A stretch of 64,000 bases of DNA from a candidate division FCPU426 bacterium (GTDB lineage Bacteria > Oederibacteriota > JAAXVQ01 > JAUVAV01). Below are positions 9,395 through 19,195 of this stretch, piece after piece (the stretch's first letter is position 1; each line of letters opens with the position of its first letter). The notes under the pieces were generated by a model. The model was not told where the DNA came from. It searched no databases and was given only the letters and a program-made list of their open reading frames with translations. The position numbers and the translations under genes were made by a program. The stretch covers positions 1 to 64,000 of the forward strand of contig DAOWGI010000027.1 of assembly GCA_030637655.1 (NCBI GenBank). The letters are read 5' to 3'.

Positions 9395-10534
9395 TTAAAA
9401 ACTTTTTATAACTTCTATTACTCTTTTTATCTCCTGATCCGTACACTCCGGCGCAATAGGCAGACAGAGAATCTCTTTGGCGGCCTTTTCACTATGCGGA
9501 AATTTTTTCCGGGCTGAAGGCAGCTTAGCCAGCACCGGTTGTTGATGCAAGGGTCTGGGATAATGGACCGCAGTCCCAATCCCGTGCCGCGTGGCGTACG
9601 CTTGCAACGCATCCCTCTTTTTGCTGCGCACCACATATTGATGATACACATGTTCGGCGTGCTTTCGAACTAATGGCAATTCCAAAGCACTGCCTGGTAA
9701 TCCCCGGGCATAGGCCGCGGCGATGGATTTTCTCCGATCATTCCAATGCTTGAGCAATGGCAGCTTTACGCGCAGCGCTGCAGCCTGAATTTCATCCAGC
9801 CGCGTATTGTAACCCAACTCCGTATGACAATACTTCACTTCTGCTCCATGGTCACGCAAACTACGCAAACGTTTGGCCAACCTGGCACTGTTGGTCACAA
9901 CCATTCCCGCGTCACCTAAAGCGCCCAGGTTTTTGGTGGGAAAAAAGGAAATGCATCCCATATCTCCCAAAGCCCCGACCGGACGTCCTTGCCAGGCGCT
10001 GCCCAAGGACTGCGCGGCATCTTCAATCACTGCAATCTTTTTGCTTCGGGCAATTTTCAAAATACGGCTCATATCAGCAGGCTGCCCGTACAAGTGAACC
10101 GGAATAATCGCCTTGGTTTTTGAGGTAATCGCCCGCAAAACCAGTTCCGGATCCAGCGTAAAGGTCTCCGGTTCAATATCTACCAAGACCGGAGTGGCAC
10201 CCAGCATCAAAACCGGCGTAGCAGTCGCAATAAAGGTGTAATCCGGAACAATGACCTCATCACCAGGACCAATATTCAGCGCCTTGAGTGCCAGCATTAA
10301 GGCATCTGTCCCGGAATTGACTCCTATGGCATGTTTGGCCTGACAGAAAAGGGCTACTTCCTGTTCCAGGGCTTTGGTTTCCGGACCTAAAATAAATCGT
10401 GAGTTTCGGATCACTTGCTGAATTGTAATTAGCAAATCTTTTTCCAAGGCTTGGTTTTGCGCGCGCAAATTCAAAAACGGTACTTTTTGAATTTTACCGG
10501 TTTTCTTTTGTTTAGTATTTTTTTCTTTTTTCAT
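9395..10534 (-). CDS. DegT/DnrJ/EryC1/StrS-family sugar aminotransferase
   Basis: NSGTDAL, IPVHLYGQ, IEDAAQS, SFFPTKNLGALGDAG (PLP Lys), GYNTRLDEIQAA. Confidence 0.95.
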   Translation of the reverse strand: MKKEKNTKQKKTGKIQKVPFLNLRAQNQALEKDLLITIQQVIRNSRFILGPETKALEQEVALFCQAKHAIGVNSGTDALMLALKALNIGPGDEVIVPDYTFIATATPVLMLGATPVLVDIEPETFTLDPELVLRAITSKTKAIIPVHLYGQPADMSRILKIARSKKIAVIEDAAQSLGSAWQGRPVGALGDMGCISFFPTKNLGALGDAGMVVTNSARLAKRLRSLRDHGAEVKYCHTELGYNTRLDEIQAAALRVKLPLLKHWNDRRKSIAAAYARGLPGSALELPLVRKHAEHVYHQYVVRSKKRDALQAYATRHGIGTAVHYPRPLHQQPVLAKLPSARKKFPHSEKAAKEILCLPIAPECTDQEIKRVIEVIKSF

Positions 10535-10544
10535 TGGGTTTTTT

Positions 10545-11216
10545 TTACACCTTTAGTTTTATTGGTTTTTTACTCAGCTTCCGCTTTTTCTTTCCTCCCT
10601 GGCCTTGGACTACAGCAACTTGATAGGTTAACCAGGGATTTAATACCTTCAGGGCTTCCAGCATATTCTGGGCCGGTTCAAACAGCCTCCATATCCATTG
10701 CGCGGTCCAAGGCAGACAGCGGCTCTCCATCATAAAATATGAAAACGTCGGATCTACCTGATGCAAGAGTGCGCGGAATTTTCGCCTGGAAAAATGTTCA
10801 TGCCCTTCCATTAATGTCATGTGCACATACAGCACCGGATTGTACCGGTTGGCCTCAATGATCACTACCGGAGCTCCGGGTTTGCTCACCCTCGTCAGTT
10901 CGCGCATGGCCTGAAGCGGATCATCCATATGATGCAAGGCATCCTTGACCCAGACCGCGTCAAAACTCGCGTCCGCAAAGGGAAGTTTTTCCGCCGAAGC
11001 CTTTACAAAACTCAAATCCTTATTCGCGCGTACTTTCCATTCACGCTGGTGTTCCTCAATATCGACTGCGGTAACCTGGCATTGGCAACGCTCCTGCAAA
11101 AGCACCGCATCATCACCCTCACGACAACCAACATCCAAAACTTTAGCGCGTTCAGGAAAATACCGTCCTAAACGGCTAAGAAAGCGGTCAAAATAATATC
11201 GTTCATTCACTTTCAT
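10545..11216 (-). CDS. Class I SAM-dependent methyltransferase
   Basis: VLDVGCREG, LPFADASFD, ALHH, RVSKPG. Confidence 0.9.
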   Translation of the reverse strand: MKVNERYYFDRFLSRLGRYFPERAKVLDVGCREGDDAVLLQERCQCQVTAVDIEEHQREWKVRANKDLSFVKASAEKLPFADASFDAVWVKDALHHMDDPLQAMRELTRVSKPGAPVVIIEANRYNPVLYVHMTLMEGHEHFSRRKFRALLHQVDPTFSYFMMESRCLPWTAQWIWRLFEPAQNMLEALKVLNPWLTYQVAVVQGQGGKKKRKLSKKPIKLKV

Positions 11217-11255
11217 AGCTTCAACCCTTTCTGCCGGCGCTGCCCAAACACTACT

Positions 11256-12203
11256 CTATTCCGGGCAATCCGCATCCACATACACAACCGGCCAAAACCA
11301 TTTCCAGCGTACCAAACGTCGCGCTACGGCTTTTATCCAGTCCGGCAAAAATGTAAACTCCATGTGGGTTTTAAATTCATCCACGCGCACGGTTTTAAAT
11401 CCTGCTGTGGTAAAATAACGTTTTAATCGTCGTGTTGTAAATGACTTTTCATAACCAAAGCGCATATGCTGACCCTTTAGCAGGCGCATATGGAACCACT
11501 CGGCCAAGGACCGCAGCACAGGAAGCTCTGGGATATTTCCCCATAATTGAGCATAAATCAACGTGGCCAAAGAAATGCAAGGAATGGTGGCAGTGATCCG
11601 GCCACCTTTTTTCAGCACGCGAAAGGCTTCGTTCACCGCCACCTGGGTGTCTGGAAAATGTTCCATGGACCCGCCGGCATAACTGTACTTGATTTTTCCG
11701 GTCTGCAGGGGCAAACATTTTAAATCACCGACCACAAACAGCCCCTCTTCTCCCTCGCGCGCAAACAACCGCTTAGCCAACTTGCAAGCTTCAAAACAGG
11801 CATCCACCCCAATACAAGTTATTTTTTTCTGTCGTGCTATCACCAATGATTTTTGACCATCACCGCACCCGGCTTCCAGAAAATTTTCCCAGGCACCTTT
11901 TGGTGCGTGCTCCCGGATATGTTGCAACGCATCGGCAAATGCCGGATCAGCTTCTATGTCGCCGGTAGGTGGGAGCACCCGTGCTTGCCACGACTGGTTC
12001 CAATTTTTCAAAGACTGCTTATCGATTTCCGACATGTCTTCCATGGGCATGAGCAACGGAATCCCTTCCTTGACAGGGAATGCGCGCGAACAGCCGGCAC
12101 ACTGTAAGTGGCTTTCCTGTTCTGCCAATGCGGATTGACAATACGGACATGCCAGCAGCTCCAGATATTTTTTGGAAATACTATTTTGCATGGTCACACT
12201 CAA
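11256..12203 (-). CDS. Trm112-like Zn-ribbon + class I methyltransferase (paralogue 1)
   Basis: LLACPYC...C..C...FPVKEGIP.L then FLEAGCGDG, SMEHF; start may be GTG 12197 or ATG 12191. Confidence 0.85.
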   Translation of the reverse strand: MSVTMQNSISKKYLELLACPYCQSALAEQESHLQCAGCSRAFPVKEGIPLLMPMEDMSEIDKQSLKNWNQSWQARVLPPTGDIEADPAFADALQHIREHAPKGAWENFLEAGCGDGQKSLVIARQKKITCIGVDACFEACKLAKRLFAREGEEGLFVVGDLKCLPLQTGKIKYSYAGGSMEHFPDTQVAVNEAFRVLKKGGRITATIPCISLATLIYAQLWGNIPELPVLRSLAEWFHMRLLKGQHMRFGYEKSFTTRRLKRYFTTAGFKTVRVDEFKTHMEFTFLPDWIKAVARRLVRWKWFWPVVYVDADCPE

Positions 12204-12208
12204 GTCCT

Positions 12209-13141
12209 TTAGTCACGTTTGGCGTCCAGGTAAAACATAGGCCAGAACAACGGGATACTTAAAATCCAATTGGCTGTTTTCTTCATCCAGGCAAAGGGTA
12301 ATAAATGCATCTCACGATTATAATCAAACAGGCCAAAACGAAAATCACCAAACCCGGCCCGGGCAAAATATTTGGCAAAACCTTTATGTGTAAATGATTT
12401 TTCATAACCGTATTTCATATGCCTGGATTTCAACACCTTGATGTGAAACCATTCGGCCAGCGGCCGAAGCAACGGCAATTCCGGAATATTGCCCCAGGTC
12501 TGATAGACAGTTAAAGTGGTTAAGGTAATTCCCGGAACTGAAGCGTATATTTTTCCCTCCTCTTGACAGACACGGTATGCTTCGTTAACACCAACAGAAG
12601 TATCCGTGAAATGTTCCAACGATCCGCCGGCAAAAATATAGCCAAACACTTTTTCCTTAAATGGCAGGCGCTGGATATCACCCACCACAAAAAACCCGTC
12701 TACACCTTCCTGTTCAAAATATTTTTTCGCTCCCCGGCACGCGCCCAGACTAAAATCAATTCCCACTACCGGTACTTGCCTGGATTTGGCCACTCCCAAG
12801 GAAAGCGCTCCGTTTCCACAACCCAATTCCAAAAACACACCCCAGTCGCCTTCCGGACCATGGGCACGTATATGCTCGAGTACTTTGGAATAATAAGGGT
12901 GTTTTTCCACCTCACCCTCTTTGTGCATGCCCCAGTGATCCCAAAACTGGTCCCAACTGTTTGCAGACGTTTGGGTGGAAGCATCCAAATCCTCTTTTAC
13001 CAGCAGAATTGGAATCCCGTCAACTACCGGATAGGTGCGCTGACATTTCTTACACACTAAATCATCCTGGTGCGGTTGTAGGGTGCCGAAGCACTTCGGG
13101 CATGCCAATAATTCTAAATACTTAAGTGGGATGGTATTCAC
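12209..13141 (-). CDS. Trm112-like Zn-ribbon + class I methyltransferase (paralogue 2)
   Basis: LLACPKC...CKKC..YPVVDGIP then FLELGCGNG, SLEHF; GTG start 13141 behind GGAGG. Confidence 0.85.
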   Translation of the reverse strand: MNTIPLKYLELLACPKCFGTLQPHQDDLVCKKCQRTYPVVDGIPILLVKEDLDASTQTSANSWDQFWDHWGMHKEGEVEKHPYYSKVLEHIRAHGPEGDWGVFLELGCGNGALSLGVAKSRQVPVVGIDFSLGACRGAKKYFEQEGVDGFFVVGDIQRLPFKEKVFGYIFAGGSLEHFTDTSVGVNEAYRVCQEEGKIYASVPGITLTTLTVYQTWGNIPELPLLRPLAEWFHIKVLKSRHMKYGYEKSFTHKGFAKYFARAGFGDFRFGLFDYNREMHLLPFAWMKKTANWILSIPLFWPMFYLDAKRD

Positions 13142-13202
13142 CGCACTTCCTCCATAATAAAATACATTATTTCCCAACCCGGACAAGCCGGAATCAAAGA
13201 TA

Positions 13203-13268
13203 TTTGACAGGATTAACAGAATATACGGGATTTTAAATAAATCCTTTCAATCCTGTTATCCTGTCAAA
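13203..13268. repeat. GACAGGATTAACAG-type inverted repeat
   Basis: TTTGACAGGATTAACAG ... CTGTTATCCTGTCAAA. Confidence 0.7.
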
Positions 13269-13286
13269 AGAAATTCTTTGCGCTCT

Positions 13287-13488
13287 GTAACATGTCAGTC
13301 ATGCGTTTTTTTGTTTGCCATCCCCGAATGCAGCCTCTACCCTGTCATCCCCGAATGCTCTTATCGGGGATATGGTTTAAAAAACCAGATTCCTGCCGAA
13401 GGCGTCCCTATATATCTTTACCGGGCGGGGCCGATTAAATCCTCGGGAATGACAACCTTTGTTTAACCGCAGTTTACTGACCTGTTAC
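13287..13488. mobile_element. 202-bp MITE, family A
   Basis: GTAACATGTCAGT ... ACTGACCTGTTAC TIR; perfect 8-bp TSD TGCGCTCT; copy of 8372-8574. Confidence 0.9.
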
Positions 13489-13590
13489 TGCGCTCTTTAC
13501 GGCGAATGATTTTCTGCCATAAAAACACGAATTTGAGAATTAAAACACTAATTGGTTTTCCCCTGATTTTATAGGGGCAACTCACTTCCC

Positions 13591-14727
13591 TCACAATTTA
13601 TCCAGGGCTTTGGCAAAAATACTCTGCCAATCCGAATGCTGCATGTATTTCAAGGCTGCTTTTCTGCACTGCTGCCAAAAACTTTGGTCGCTCATTAATT
13701 TTTCACACGCTTGTGCCAACTGTTTGGCGTCATAGTCAATCGCAATACCCATAGGTATTTTTTCTATGGGTTCGGCAATCCACGGAACCCGGGTTATCAC
13801 CACCGGAATACCACACGCCAAATACTCTTTGGGCTTGGCCGGATCCGCGTACTGCGTGTAGGTGTCAGCGGTGGGCATATAGGTAGCTATGGCTACTCGG
13901 CTCTTGGCAATTTCTTGAAATAATTGTTCCCGGGTAACACAGCCCGTGAAATTCACGCGTTCTGACACCTGCTTGGTTTTTGCGAATTCACGCAACTCCT
14001 GTTCATAGGGTCCGGTACCCACAATCGTCAAGTGGGCTTGAGGTAAATAGGACATAGCCTCAATCGCCAGTTGTATGCCCTTGTTCTCAAACAAGGCACT
14101 GACCATAACCAGCCGCTGAGCTTCAATGGCGGCTTCCGGACACACTTGCACCGCCGCTGAATCGATTCCAATCGGAACGATTCGGTTTTTTTTTGGATCT
14201 GATTTAAAAACCGAGCAATGCACCTCGCGCATGCGCTCGGAAAGATTCCATACCCAATCCGCTCTACGGGCGGCTGTCCGCGCCATACTTTGGTATACCG
14301 CATTGAGCAGGCGCGATGAAAACCGCCGGGGAGTATAATCAATCACATAATATATAACGGTCTTGCATTTTCCCAACGCTCGCAGTATTAATCCGACAAC
14401 TGCGTTTAAATTATTAATACCTATATAAACCGTATCTTTACTGCCGTTCTTCCAGCCTGCAAAGAACACAAAAAGCATATCCCGTATCCACTGTAAAAGC
14501 CCCTGGCCGCGATTGGCATGGCCCGATTTTTTTTCCTGCGTGGTGCCTTGCCACACGGTTTTGACCAGTGCTGATGAAATTGTGGTGTACCCAAACGGAC
14601 AAGTCACATACACATAACTGGTTTTCTGCCCCTGCAGTACTTTGTCCAGGGCTTGGCCGGGACCATCACTCTCTGTCACATGCGTAGCAATAAAATAAGC
14701 ATACGTCTTCCGCAGACCAGACCTCAT
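13591..14727 (-). CDS. GT4 (GT-B) glycosyltransferase
   Basis: KGIQL.IEA, LTIVGTGP, V.FTG, P.KPKEYLACGIPVVIT. Confidence 0.9.
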   Translation of the reverse strand: MRSGLRKTYAYFIATHVTESDGPGQALDKVLQGQKTSYVYVTCPFGYTTISSALVKTVWQGTTQEKKSGHANRGQGLLQWIRDMLFVFFAGWKNGSKDTVYIGINNLNAVVGLILRALGKCKTVIYYVIDYTPRRFSSRLLNAVYQSMARTAARRADWVWNLSERMREVHCSVFKSDPKKNRIVPIGIDSAAVQVCPEAAIEAQRLVMVSALFENKGIQLAIEAMSYLPQAHLTIVGTGPYEQELREFAKTKQVSERVNFTGCVTREQLFQEIAKSRVAIATYMPTADTYTQYADPAKPKEYLACGIPVVITRVPWIAEPIEKIPMGIAIDYDAKQLAQACEKLMSDQSFWQQCRKAALKYMQHSDWQSIFAKALDKL

Positions 14728-15719
14728 TTAGACTCGTGCCTTTGCTGCCATTGCCTTGACAACGTAACGCAGGTATAAATCCAGGGAATCACAAAACTCA
14801 CCCAGGGGTGAATAAACCAGGCCCAATCTCTGTTTTTCCGAAATCCGCGCCAGGCATCCCACACAGGACGGACAACGGTCAGCATGGAAAGTACTGTGAA
14901 AAACAATTTCACCTTGGGGGTTTCCCAACGATAGGTGCGTAAATATCCCCAGCGGTAAAAGAGTTCGATATTGCGTTGGCATTTTTTCACAAAATCTTTA
15001 ACCGTGGAAACATGGTCATGGCCCACATCCGTCTTGAGCAACACATAGCGGTTGTACCCTTGCTTGATTAATTCCAGATTGGCTTCCAGGTGAAACAAGT
15101 ATGGATCATGTTTTACTTTTTTAAGCAAGCTGCTCCGGGTCAAAAACCCTTGCGATCCCAGGGTGGGCACATCCGGAAAATGAAAGGTGCCGATATAATA
15201 GGCGCCGCGATCTTCGACTTTGCCCATAAGCTGCCATGTTTTTTCATACCAAATCAATCGATCACGCCTCCCTAAATAATAGGCCAAAGGATCATTGATC
15301 CCAAACAAAGAACAGTACCGGTTAGCCGGGGGATCCTTAGGATCATAATGAAAACGAATGGATTGCGCGCCTACCAATGTCTCATCAGTCACTAGCGGTT
15401 CCAAAGCGGTTTGCACCCAATCCGGCGTGGTTAAATAATTGTCCGCATCCAAAAACAGCACATACTCATGTGAGGCTGCCAAGAGACCTATAGCTTTGCC
15501 TCGTTCTATATGTCGGTGCCCATTGCGGACAATCACGGCGCCAAAGCGTTGCGCAATCTCCTTAGTATCATCTTCCGAATCATCATCCACCACAATAATT
15601 TCGAGCTTGTCCCAGGGAATGGTTTGGGTCTGTAGACTGTTTAGTAATTTTTCCAAATGCAGACCCGCATTATAGGTGGGAATAATCACAGAAATAGGGG
15701 GCCATTGTGCGGTGGTCAC
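14724..15719 (-). CDS. GT2 glycosyltransferase
   Basis: ISVIIPTYN, VVDDDSED, FLDAD; C-terminal hydrophobic helices. Confidence 0.9.
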   Translation of the reverse strand: MTTAQWPPISVIIPTYNAGLHLEKLLNSLQTQTIPWDKLEIIVVDDDSEDDTKEIAQRFGAVIVRNGHRHIERGKAIGLLAASHEYVLFLDADNYLTTPDWVQTALEPLVTDETLVGAQSIRFHYDPKDPPANRYCSLFGINDPLAYYLGRRDRLIWYEKTWQLMGKVEDRGAYYIGTFHFPDVPTLGSQGFLTRSSLLKKVKHDPYLFHLEANLELIKQGYNRYVLLKTDVGHDHVSTVKDFVKKCQRNIELFYRWGYLRTYRWETPKVKLFFTVLSMLTVVRPVWDAWRGFRKNRDWAWFIHPWVSFVIPWIYTCVTLSRQWQQRHESK

Positions 15720-17173
15720 TTACTTCCCCCTCGCATGAAATCACGAATGTGGCCGAGTACAGCTTTGCCGGCGCGCGCGACAAACATAAAATCCTCCCAA
15801 TCACGAATGCTTAAAATCTGGCGCAGAATGAAACGCGGCGTCATAAAGGCACGATAGATGCGGTTGCATAAATGCATAACCTCGTCCGGCGACATGTCTG
15901 GCGTATGTATGATGGTTTGAGTCATATCCCATTTTTCCCAAGCGCCTGGTGGATACCTCAACCATCCGTTTTGAACAGCCTCCTCATACAGGGGCGTTCC
16001 GGGATATGGAACCATAATTGTACTCTGCAGCATATCCGCCAGTCCTTGGTTTAAAAGATGACGGGCCAATTCCAAGGTCTTGGTCGCTTGTGCGCGCGTT
16101 TCCCAGGGATGTCCAACCATAATCGTAAGGTGCACAATCAGTCCGGCCTTTTTGGCAATACGGCAGCCGGCCTCAATTTCAGCCACACGAATTCCCTTAT
16201 CCAGCCGGTCCAAGGATTCCTGATTGGCTGATTCTAAACCCAATTTAATCATACGAAAGCCGGCGCGCTTCATCAGTTTAGCCAGTTCCGGTTTGAGATA
16301 ATCAAAACGGAAATTACAGGACAAGAGAATCTTCTTATGGTACCCGCGTTCAATCATGCCTTCACAGAAGGTCTTTAACCAACCGCCGCCCGGAAAGGTT
16401 CCGGTATCATCAAATATTTCCCGCACTCCGTAGTCGTTAATTAAATGCCCGATCTCATCCAACAGGTTTTCCGGGCAACGCACGGAAAACTTCGGAAAGA
16501 GCGTGGTCCAGGAACAAAAACGGCAGCGGGCCCACGGACAATCACGTCCGGCCATGGTATAGGTAAACGGCGGATGCTTGTAAAATTTTTCTCCATATAA
16601 ATACCACTTGGTCAAATCCCGGTCAAGCCAAGGCAGCTCATTGAGATCAATACTTAATTCTGCCTTACCCTGGTTTTGGATTTTCCCGTCATGACGATAC
16701 CAAATACCAGCCGGCAAATCCTTTTTTTCCATCAAGGCTGTGACCAGACCATCCAGCAGGACATCAAAATGGCCGCCCTGCAACACAAAATCCACAGTAC
16801 TGGACTGCAGGCTCTCTTTTGGCAAGGCAGTGACATGATCACCCATCAATACGGTTTTTGTGTTCGGGCTTCTTGCTTTTATTTTTTCAACCCAGGCCCA
16901 GTGCAGTTTTATCACCGGTGTCTTGGTCTCCATGGCCAACAGTTCCGGTTGTTCTTGCTCTACCAAGGCCAGAAAGTCTTGTTCGCTTTTTTGTTCTGCA
17001 ATATAATCCGCCCAAATGACTTCATGGCCCCGCTCTTTCATGAGCGTGGCCGCCATGGCCGGAACCATGGGATAGATAAACGCCGCATTATGAAACCATT
17101 GGAACTGCCGGTTTTGCCCCAACAGCGGCGTGCCCTTTCCTTGCAATGGTGGGAAAGCAATCATTATTTTCAT
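15716..17173 (-). CDS. Cobalamin-binding (class B) radical SAM enzyme
   Basis: N-terminal B12-binding domain (MGDHVTALP.E), GRDCPWARCRFC cluster motif, GLESANQ, PYPGTPLY. Confidence 0.88.
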   Translation of the reverse strand: MKIMIAFPPLQGKGTPLLGQNRQFQWFHNAAFIYPMVPAMAATLMKERGHEVIWADYIAEQKSEQDFLALVEQEQPELLAMETKTPVIKLHWAWVEKIKARSPNTKTVLMGDHVTALPKESLQSSTVDFVLQGGHFDVLLDGLVTALMEKKDLPAGIWYRHDGKIQNQGKAELSIDLNELPWLDRDLTKWYLYGEKFYKHPPFTYTMAGRDCPWARCRFCSWTTLFPKFSVRCPENLLDEIGHLINDYGVREIFDDTGTFPGGGWLKTFCEGMIERGYHKKILLSCNFRFDYLKPELAKLMKRAGFRMIKLGLESANQESLDRLDKGIRVAEIEAGCRIAKKAGLIVHLTIMVGHPWETRAQATKTLELARHLLNQGLADMLQSTIMVPYPGTPLYEEAVQNGWLRYPPGAWEKWDMTQTIIHTPDMSPDEVMHLCNRIYRAFMTPRFILRQILSIRDWEDFMFVARAGKAVLGHIRDFMRGGSK

Positions 17174-17243
17174 TCTATAAACCTCTTATGTCATTGTCAT
17201 TTAATTCTCTAATTTCACCAATTTTTTAAACTATTGATAATTC

Positions 17244-17409
17244 AAAGATCCACCACAAAGGCACAAAGGCTCAAAGGTTCACAAAGAAACACAAAATTAA
17301 AATTTATTAATGTTTATTGTTTTACTCTTATTACTTAATTTTTCCTTAGTGCTCCTTAGTGTCCTTGGTGCCTCTCGTGCCCGTAGTTTGGGTATTGTGG
17401 TGGATCTTT
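17244..17409. repeat. CACCACAAAGGCACAAAG-type inverted repeat with 21-bp insertion
   Basis: AAAGATCCACCACAAAGGCACAAA left arm; right arm TTGGTGCCT[17374-17394]TTGTGGTGGATCTTT. Confidence 0.75.
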
Positions 17410-17473
17410 TCACACCCTCTGGCTCACAACCCAATCACTGAATTTTCAAGGGCACAACATGCCGGGCCCCTAC

Positions 17474-18454
17474 TTAGCCTGCGGTTTCCTCTTGCAATCC
17501 TTTGGCCACTAGTCCGCGAATAAAATACCAGCCATAGGCCAACTGAGTAATAATGATCCCGCCGGCAACCCACAACCACAATCTACGCGGCGGAGCCCAG
17601 AGTCCGGCGAGAATCGCCATAAATCCGTATAGTCCTATGCCCGTGAGCCATACCCAAATCCAAGGCTGCCAATAGAGCGCGGGTAACCAGCCCAAAACAA
17701 TTCCCAACAACAAAAAGGTGGGCAAAAAATAGCCAAGACGTAACGACGTGGCGGGAAATTTTTTTACAAAATAACCGCGATGCGTGGCGTAACTCACGAC
17801 CTGTTTTAAATGCCCGTCAAACAAACGGCGTCTGTGATGATACACCAATACTTTCGGATCATAATAAATACGTTGTTTTAAATCACGGGTGATTTTCAGA
17901 CAGACTACGGTGTCTTCACCCGGCCAATAACAGGTCTCAAAACCGCCGGCTGCTAAAAACACTTTCTTTCGTACCAGTAAATTACAGGTCGGATAATCAT
18001 CCACATCCCGGGCTGGACGCGGCAAGTAACGATACACGTAGGGACCGCCTGCCAACCAGGAAGAATACACCAAACCGGAAGCTTTTTCCAGATCTCCGTC
18101 GAGCGGCGGTGTGACTGCCGGCCCGCCGACCGCAGCGACCTCCGGTGTCTGAAAAACCTGAATGGCGGCTGCCAGCCAGTTTGGATCCGGATAGGTGTCA
18201 TCATCCAAAAAAGCAATAATCTCTCCTTGCGATTTTTCTACACCCAAATCACGCTTTACCGAGGGGCCAACCGGACCGCTGGGAATCACCCGGGTTTTGG
18301 AAAACGGCAAATCACAGAAGTCGTCCGTAATGACCAAAATTTCAAAATCCTGATCTGTTAATTTTTCGCAATATTCCAGACATTCGCGCAAATACGCGTT
18401 GTCTGCTTTTACGGCAATTACAATCGAGGTGCGGGGAGCTTTTGCGTCTGTCAT
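17474..18454 (-). CDS. GT2 glycosyltransferase with C-terminal TM helices
   Basis: SIVIAV, AFLDDD, GGF...GED, HHRR motifs followed by 3 TM segments. Confidence 0.9.
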   Translation of the reverse strand: MTDAKAPRTSIVIAVKADNAYLRECLEYCEKLTDQDFEILVITDDFCDLPFSKTRVIPSGPVGPSVKRDLGVEKSQGEIIAFLDDDTYPDPNWLAAAIQVFQTPEVAAVGGPAVTPPLDGDLEKASGLVYSSWLAGGPYVYRYLPRPARDVDDYPTCNLLVRKKVFLAAGGFETCYWPGEDTVVCLKITRDLKQRIYYDPKVLVYHHRRRLFDGHLKQVVSYATHRGYFVKKFPATSLRLGYFLPTFLLLGIVLGWLPALYWQPWIWVWLTGIGLYGFMAILAGLWAPPRRLWLWVAGGIIITQLAYGWYFIRGLVAKGLQEETAG

Positions 18455-19195
18455 TTATTTATTCCTATAATATTTCTTAATGTACAAGCGATACCAAATC
18501 GCCATCGTATCCCACCAGGTTTTAAAAATAGCATTCAAACCGATATGCCCAAACTTACTCGTATAATTCACAACCACCGGAGCTTCGGCAATGCGATATC
18601 CATAGTGATGCGCCAGCACCAGCAACTCCAGATCAAAAGCATATTTTTTAACTACGATTTTCGGAAATATTTTCTCCAACACTTGTCGTTGAAATAATTT
18701 GATGCCGGTTTGCGTATCTCGAATTGGCAATCCAAACAGTAGTTTTACTAAAAAAAAGTAGACAGCACTGACAATCCGACGACGCCGGGGATAATTGAGT
18801 TTGGACTGCGGATGCCTTTTAGAACCTACGACCACCTGTACCTGCTCTTTACGATAAATATCATACAACACGTTAAATTGCTTGGGATCCAAATCCAAAT
18901 CCGCATCCAGAAAAAAAATGAGCTCCCCTTTGGTTTTTTGAAAGCCTTCCCGTAACGCAAACCCTTTGCCGCTGTTTCCGGTAAGTACTACCGGCTTTAT
19001 CTTGTCATTACCTTGTGCCACTTCGTTGATAATGGTTGCGGTATTGTCCCGGCTGCCGTCATCCACCACCACGACTTCATACGTCTCGTTGAGACTTTCC
19101 ATCACCTCACACGTCTGCTGAATATTTTGTGCCAGATAACGACCTTCGTTATAGGCCGGCATAATGACGGAAAAGCGACTTTCCTGGTTAGACAT
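18455..19195 (-). CDS. GT2 polyprenol-phosphate glucose/mannose synthase-like
   Basis: SVIMPAYNE, VDDGSRD, GKGFALR.G, FLDADL, DTQTG.KLF, FDLELL. Confidence 0.9.
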   Translation of the reverse strand: MSNQESRFSVIMPAYNEGRYLAQNIQQTCEVMESLNETYEVVVVDDGSRDNTATIINEVAQGNDKIKPVVLTGNSGKGFALREGFQKTKGELIFFLDADLDLDPKQFNVLYDIYRKEQVQVVVGSKRHPQSKLNYPRRRRIVSAVYFFLVKLLFGLPIRDTQTGIKLFQRQVLEKIFPKIVVKKYAFDLELLVLAHHYGYRIAEAPVVVNYTSKFGHIGLNAIFKTWWDTMAIWYRLYIKKYYRNK

